From assembly GCA_002159075.1 (NCBI GenBank), contig LZRT01000072.1:7096-71095 (forward strand): DNA of 64,000 nt. Reading direction: 5' to 3'. Positions 60,468-64,000 of the stretch are shown here, in pieces; position 1 is the stretch's first letter, and every line of letters starts with the position of its first letter. A model generated the notes under the pieces. The model searched no databases, was not told the origin of the DNA, and saw nothing but the letters and a program-made list of their open reading frames with translations. Source of the stretch: Bacillus thermozeamaize. GTDB lineage: Bacteria; Bacillota; Bacilli; ZCTH02-B2. Position numbers and translations under genes: made by a program.

Positions 60468-62382
60468 CCTCCCGTTTCCTTTTCCAGTAGTGATAGGAAG
60501 CCAGTGCCAAGATGCCGGTCATCCCGATCAGGTCGGTCACCAGTCCCGGATCCAGCAGAACCAGCGCCAGGATGAATAAGACGATCCGGTGCAGCATGGT
60601 AATGTGCCGGAACAGGTACCCCTCCAGGCTGGCGGCCAGCGCGACGATTCCCAAGATGGCCGTCACAGCTACCCAGACAAATTCACCGGGTGTGGTATCC
60701 AAAAACAACAGGGACGGATTGATCGCAAAGATAAACGGCAGGAGGAAAGCGGCCAGCGACAGTTTGAATCCGTTCAAGGCGGTTTGCATCGGCTTGGCCT
60801 TGGCGATGGTGGCCGCCAAATAGGAACTCAACGCGACGGGCGGTGTGACGGCTGCCATGCAACCGAAATAGAAAATAAACAGGTGGGCCGCCGCCACCGG
60901 GACGCCCATTTTGACCAGTGCCGGCGCCGCCAGGGTACCAAGGATGATGTACAAGGCCGCCGTGGGTAGACCCATGCCCAGAATGATGGATGCGATCATG
61001 GTGAAGAAAAGGGCGAGATACAATTGGTTGTTGGAAAATTGCAGGACGAAGTCGGAAAACTTCAAACCCAGGCCGGTCAAGGTGACCACGCCGACAATGA
61101 TCCCGGCCACGGCACTGGCGGCAATGAGGCCGATCGCCCCTTTGGCTCCGCTTTCCAGGGCGTAAAGCAGCTTGGGCAGGGTAAGGCGCGTGTCTTTGCG
61201 AAACAGGCTGGCCACAAAAACAACGATGACCGCATAGAAAGAGGCCTTGATGGGGGTGTAGCCGATCAAGAGCATCACCAGGATGCTGACCGGTCCTGCC
61301 ATCAGGAAGATGCTTTTTTTCAGGGTTTCCTTCAGATCGGGCAACGCTTCTTTGGGCAGCCCCATCAATCCGGATTTGGCCGCGCGGAAATCCACCATCA
61401 AAAAGATGGAGAGATAGTAGAGAATGGCCGGCAATGCGGCATAGATGATGATCTGGTTGTAGGGGATGCCGGTCATTTCGGCCATGATAAAGGCGGCCGC
61501 GCCCATGACGGGGGGCATGATCTGGCCGCCGGAGGAGGCCGCCGCTTCCACGCCGCCAGCAAACTCCGGCTTGTATCCAACATTTTTCATCAGCGGGATG
61601 GTGAAAATCCCCGTGCTGGCCACGTTGGCGAAGGAACTGCCCGAGATGGTTCCCATCAGGCCGCTCCCCACGACAGCCGCCTTGGCGGGGCCGCCGCGGA
61701 ACCGGCCGGTCAGGGCAAACGCCAGATCGATGAAGGCTTTTCCGCCGCCGGAAGCCTGCAACATGGCGCCGAAGACGATGAAGGTGAAGACAAAACTGGC
61801 CGTGGTATAGATGGCCACGCCGTAAATTCCTTCCGACGTGAAATACATCTGTTCCAGGATCCGCTTCAACGTGTATCCGTTGTGACCGAAATCGCCCGGC
61901 AAGTATTGCCCGAAGAAGGCATAAAGAAGAAACGCGCCGGCCACCAGGCTGAGCGTCCACCCCATGGTGCGGCGGGAAGCTTCCAGGCACAACAGAATGG
62001 CGATGGCCGACATGATCAAATCGACGGTGTTGGGATTGCCCTGACGATACACCAATTCCATGTAATTGATGACAATGTATGCGCCGATGGTCACGCTGCC
62101 CAGGATACAGAGCCAGTCCCACCATGGAATCTTGTGTTGATCTTTTCGCGTGGCAGGATACAGAAAAAAGACCAGGACCAAGGCGAAGGACAGGTGAATG
62201 GCGCGATGCTGCAGGGCTGGCAGCGATTCAATTCCTGCGGAGTACAGCTGGTAGATGGAAAAGAGTACGGCAATCACCGCAGTGAGGCGCAAGAGCGGCC
62301 TGGACAACTGGCGCAACTGCTGTCCCCATTCCCCCTGTTCTTCAGGGGAATCGGTGATCTGATGTGTGTGATCCTGATTCAT
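60439..62382 (-). CDS. TRAP transporter fused permease (TAXI-type DctQM fusion)
   Basis: 647 aa, about 16-18 TM helices, adjacent to a TAXI-family receptor. The alternate-frame ORF 60683..62125 is an artefact. Confidence 0.85.
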   Translation of the reverse strand: MNQDHTHQITDSPEEQGEWGQQLRQLSRPLLRLTAVIAVLFSIYQLYSAGIESLPALQHRAIHLSFALVLVFFLYPATRKDQHKIPWWDWLCILGSVTIGAYIVINYMELVYRQGNPNTVDLIMSAIAILLCLEASRRTMGWTLSLVAGAFLLYAFFGQYLPGDFGHNGYTLKRILEQMYFTSEGIYGVAIYTTASFVFTFIVFGAMLQASGGGKAFIDLAFALTGRFRGGPAKAAVVGSGLMGTISGSSFANVASTGIFTIPLMKNVGYKPEFAGGVEAAASSGGQIMPPVMGAAAFIMAEMTGIPYNQIIIYAALPAILYYLSIFLMVDFRAAKSGLMGLPKEALPDLKETLKKSIFLMAGPVSILVMLLIGYTPIKASFYAVIVVFVASLFRKDTRLTLPKLLYALESGAKGAIGLIAASAVAGIIVGVVTLTGLGLKFSDFVLQFSNNQLYLALFFTMIASIILGMGLPTAALYIILGTLAAPALVKMGVPVAAAHLFIFYFGCMAAVTPPVALSSYLAATIAKAKPMQTALNGFKLSLAAFLLPFIFAINPSLLFLDTTPGEFVWVAVTAILGIVALAASLEGYLFRHITMLHRIVLFILALVLLDPGLVTDLIGMTGILALASYHYWKRKREDARLLSPSQ

Positions 62383-62451
62383 GCGGTTTCACCTCAAATG
62401 CGATCGATCCCCCGCTTGAGGGGGATCTCATGGACTTCACGCTCATTTCAC

Positions 62452-63471
62452 TCATTTCACTTCAATGTTTTGTTCTTGATAGTATTTGACGGCACCCGGA
62501 TGGAACGGGATGGAAACGCCCTTGGTGGCTGTTTCCAGGCTGATGTTTTTGGCGACAGCGTGCGCCTCCTTCACTTTGTCCAGGTTTTCGAAGAGCGCCT
62601 TGGTCATCTCGTAGACAGTCTGTTCATCCATCTCTTCGCTGACGATGAGCAGGGCGGGCGAGGCGCCTGAGACGACGTCATCATCCACGCCTTCATAGGT
62701 GCCGGCAGGGATGGTGGTCGTGATGAAATACGGGTCAGAGGCGACAAATGCCTCAAATTTTTCGCTGTCCAGTTGCAGGAGCTTGATTTTCATCGAAGCG
62801 GCCGCGTCCACGATGGCTGCCGTCGGCACCCCGGCGCCCACCACGGCGGCGTCAATGGTTTTGTCTTTCATGCCGGTCACCGCATCGGAAAAGCTGATAA
62901 ATTCCGGCTTGAAGTCGTTGTAGGTCAGGCCGTGGGCTTCCAGGATGAGCCGGCCGGTTCTTTCGGTGCCACTGCCGGGTGAACCCATGGCCACTTTTTT
63001 GCCCCGTAGGTCAGCAATCGAGTTCAGTCCGGAATCCTGGCGCACCACGAACTGGAACACTTCCGGGTACAGCGCGGCGACGGCGCGCAGTTTTTTGATT
63101 GGTTGCTCAAACGGCTCCTCGCCGTTGTATGCGGCAAAGGCGGTGTTGGATGCGGCCAAAGCCAGTTGGACCTCTCCGCTGTTCAACAACTGCAGGTTTT
63201 GGATAGAACCGCCGGTGGACTCGACATTCAGTTCATAGGCGGGATTTTCGCCAATCGCCTTGGCAATGCCGACGCCCACCGGGAAGTAGGTTCCGGAAGA
63301 GGTGCCGGTGGCGATGGAGAACTTTTTCACTTGCCCGGACGATCCGGTGGATGAACTGTTGCCATTGGCGTTGTCCTGATTCGCTGGGTTTGCCTGCCCA
63401 CCGCCGCACGCGGCCAGGACGAGCATGGCCATCAGACCGACGAATAAGAAGAATCTTTTTTTCAATCTCAT
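62452..63471 (-). CDS. TAXI-family TRAP transporter solute-binding lipoprotein
   Basis: Signal peptide MRLKKRFFLFVGLMAMLVLAACGG (lipobox), Ser/Asn-rich linker and a TAXI fold (…GTSSGTYFPVGVGIAKAI…). GAGGGGG RBS. Confidence 0.85.
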   Translation of the reverse strand: MRLKKRFFLFVGLMAMLVLAACGGGQANPANQDNANGNSSSTGSSGQVKKFSIATGTSSGTYFPVGVGIAKAIGENPAYELNVESTGGSIQNLQLLNSGEVQLALAASNTAFAAYNGEEPFEQPIKKLRAVAALYPEVFQFVVRQDSGLNSIADLRGKKVAMGSPGSGTERTGRLILEAHGLTYNDFKPEFISFSDAVTGMKDKTIDAAVVGAGVPTAAIVDAAASMKIKLLQLDSEKFEAFVASDPYFITTTIPAGTYEGVDDDVVSGASPALLIVSEEMDEQTVYEMTKALFENLDKVKEAHAVAKNISLETATKGVSIPFHPGAVKYYQEQNIEVK

Positions 63472-63484
63472 AACCCCCTCATGT

Positions 63485-64000
63485 TTACTTGCCTGAAAAG
63501 ACCTGGAAATCGGCATAGTAATCTTCCAGCAGATTCAGCATCTGAACTACTCTTTCTTTGGCATGGTAGCTGACTGCCGAGATGATGGCATTGATCAACG
63601 CGAATGAGGCCGCGTGGGAATCCACCGAGGTATAGGACTTGATCTCGGTGAGAAAGGAGAAGTCACCCAATTCCAGCAAGGGAGAGCGGATGCTGTCAGT
63701 GATTACGGTAATGGTGGCCTTTTTATGCTTGAGGTAACGCAAGGCATCCACGGTTTTTTTCGCATATCTGGGGTAGCCGAAGCCGATGGCCAGGGACTGT
63801 TCATCCGCATAGCGGAAGCAGTCTTCCATATCCGGCCCCAGAGAGGTGACCGTATGCACATTGCCCAACAGGTTGTTCAGGTTAAACCCCAGGAAAAAGG
63901 CATCGGCCGAGGTGGAACGGGAACCAATGACAAAAATGTTCCTAGCCTCTGTGATGCGCTGGATGAATTGCTGAAACTGTTCGTGATCAATGGATTCCAA
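63485..64000 (-). CDS. RpiR/MurR-family transcriptional regulator, SIS domain (N-terminal HTH lies beyond the window end)
   Basis: SIS sugar-phosphate-binding domain (…NIFVIGSRSTSADAFFLGFNL…). The ORF is truncated by the window edge. Confidence 0.7.
   Translation of the reverse strand: MESIDHEQFQQFIQRITEARNIFVIGSRSTSADAFFLGFNLNNLLGNVHTVTSLGPDMEDCFRYADEQSLAIGFGYPRYAKKTVDALRYLKHKKATITVITDSIRSPLLELGDFSFLTEIKSYTSVDSHAASFALINAIISAVSYHAKERVVQMLNLLEDYYADFQVFSGK

Noticed and set aside
60683-62125. 480-aa alternate-frame ORF on the same strand inside the TRAP permease gene
   Set aside because: The 647-aa frame gives a hydrophobic multi-helix permease. The alternate frame is Arg/Gly/His-rich with no TM character.
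1-64000. CRISPR arrays, rRNA and tRNA genes
   Set aside because: Scanned for regularly spaced direct repeats and for tRNA/rRNA-like conserved stretches. None were seen. In this organism the rRNA operon found after purA in some Bacilli is not at that position.

Overview
This 64 kb window is the origin-of-replication region of a high-GC (roughly 55-60% by eye), endospore-forming Firmicute of the Bacillales type, in the opposite orientation to the usual Bacillus subtilis drawing. The conserved backbone (coordinates 1 to about 41.4 kb) reads: dnaN (partial) <- [DnaA-box cluster] <- dnaA [DnaA-box cluster], then rpmH-rnpA-yidD-yidC-jag-mnmE-mnmG-rsmG, a parS site, noc-soj-spo0J (with the second parS inside spo0J), a cysteine desulfurase-like gene, DUF4446, yyaC, a YyaD-like membrane protein, DUF951 and ychF. 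After that come rpsF-ssb-rpsR, yybS-gdpP-rplI-dnaB(helicase)-purA, two cell-wall peptidase genes, walR-walK-walH-walI-walJ-htrA, spo0M, an alpha/beta hydrolase and rlmH. Lower-GC insertions interrupt this backbone: an acyl-CoA ligase plus phosphotriesterase-like gene between ychF and rpsF, and from about 41.4 kb onward an accessory region. The accessory region holds mqo, a small Cys-motif protein, a TetR regulator with an FAD monooxygenase, a GerA-family germinant receptor operon (A-C-D-B order) with an IS200/IS605 element (frameshifted tnpA plus tnpB) directly upstream, an isochorismatase-like hydrolase, an LLM flavin oxidoreductase, a stand-alone GmrSD-type (DUF262/DUF1524) type IV restriction enzyme, two paralogous small NGV-motif proteins, and a TAXI-TRAP transporter operon encoding a four-subunit FAD/[2Fe-2S] amine oxidase of the HcnABC / opine / D-hydroxyproline dehydrogenase type. 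Many long ORFs in the supplied track are antisense or alternate-frame artefacts of the high GC content. No CRISPR array, rRNA or tRNA gene was seen. Nothing in the window stands out as a clearly undescribed multi-gene system; the most interesting loci are the 54.4-57.8 kb defence-like islet, the oxidase/TRAP operon and the PAS-less WalK.
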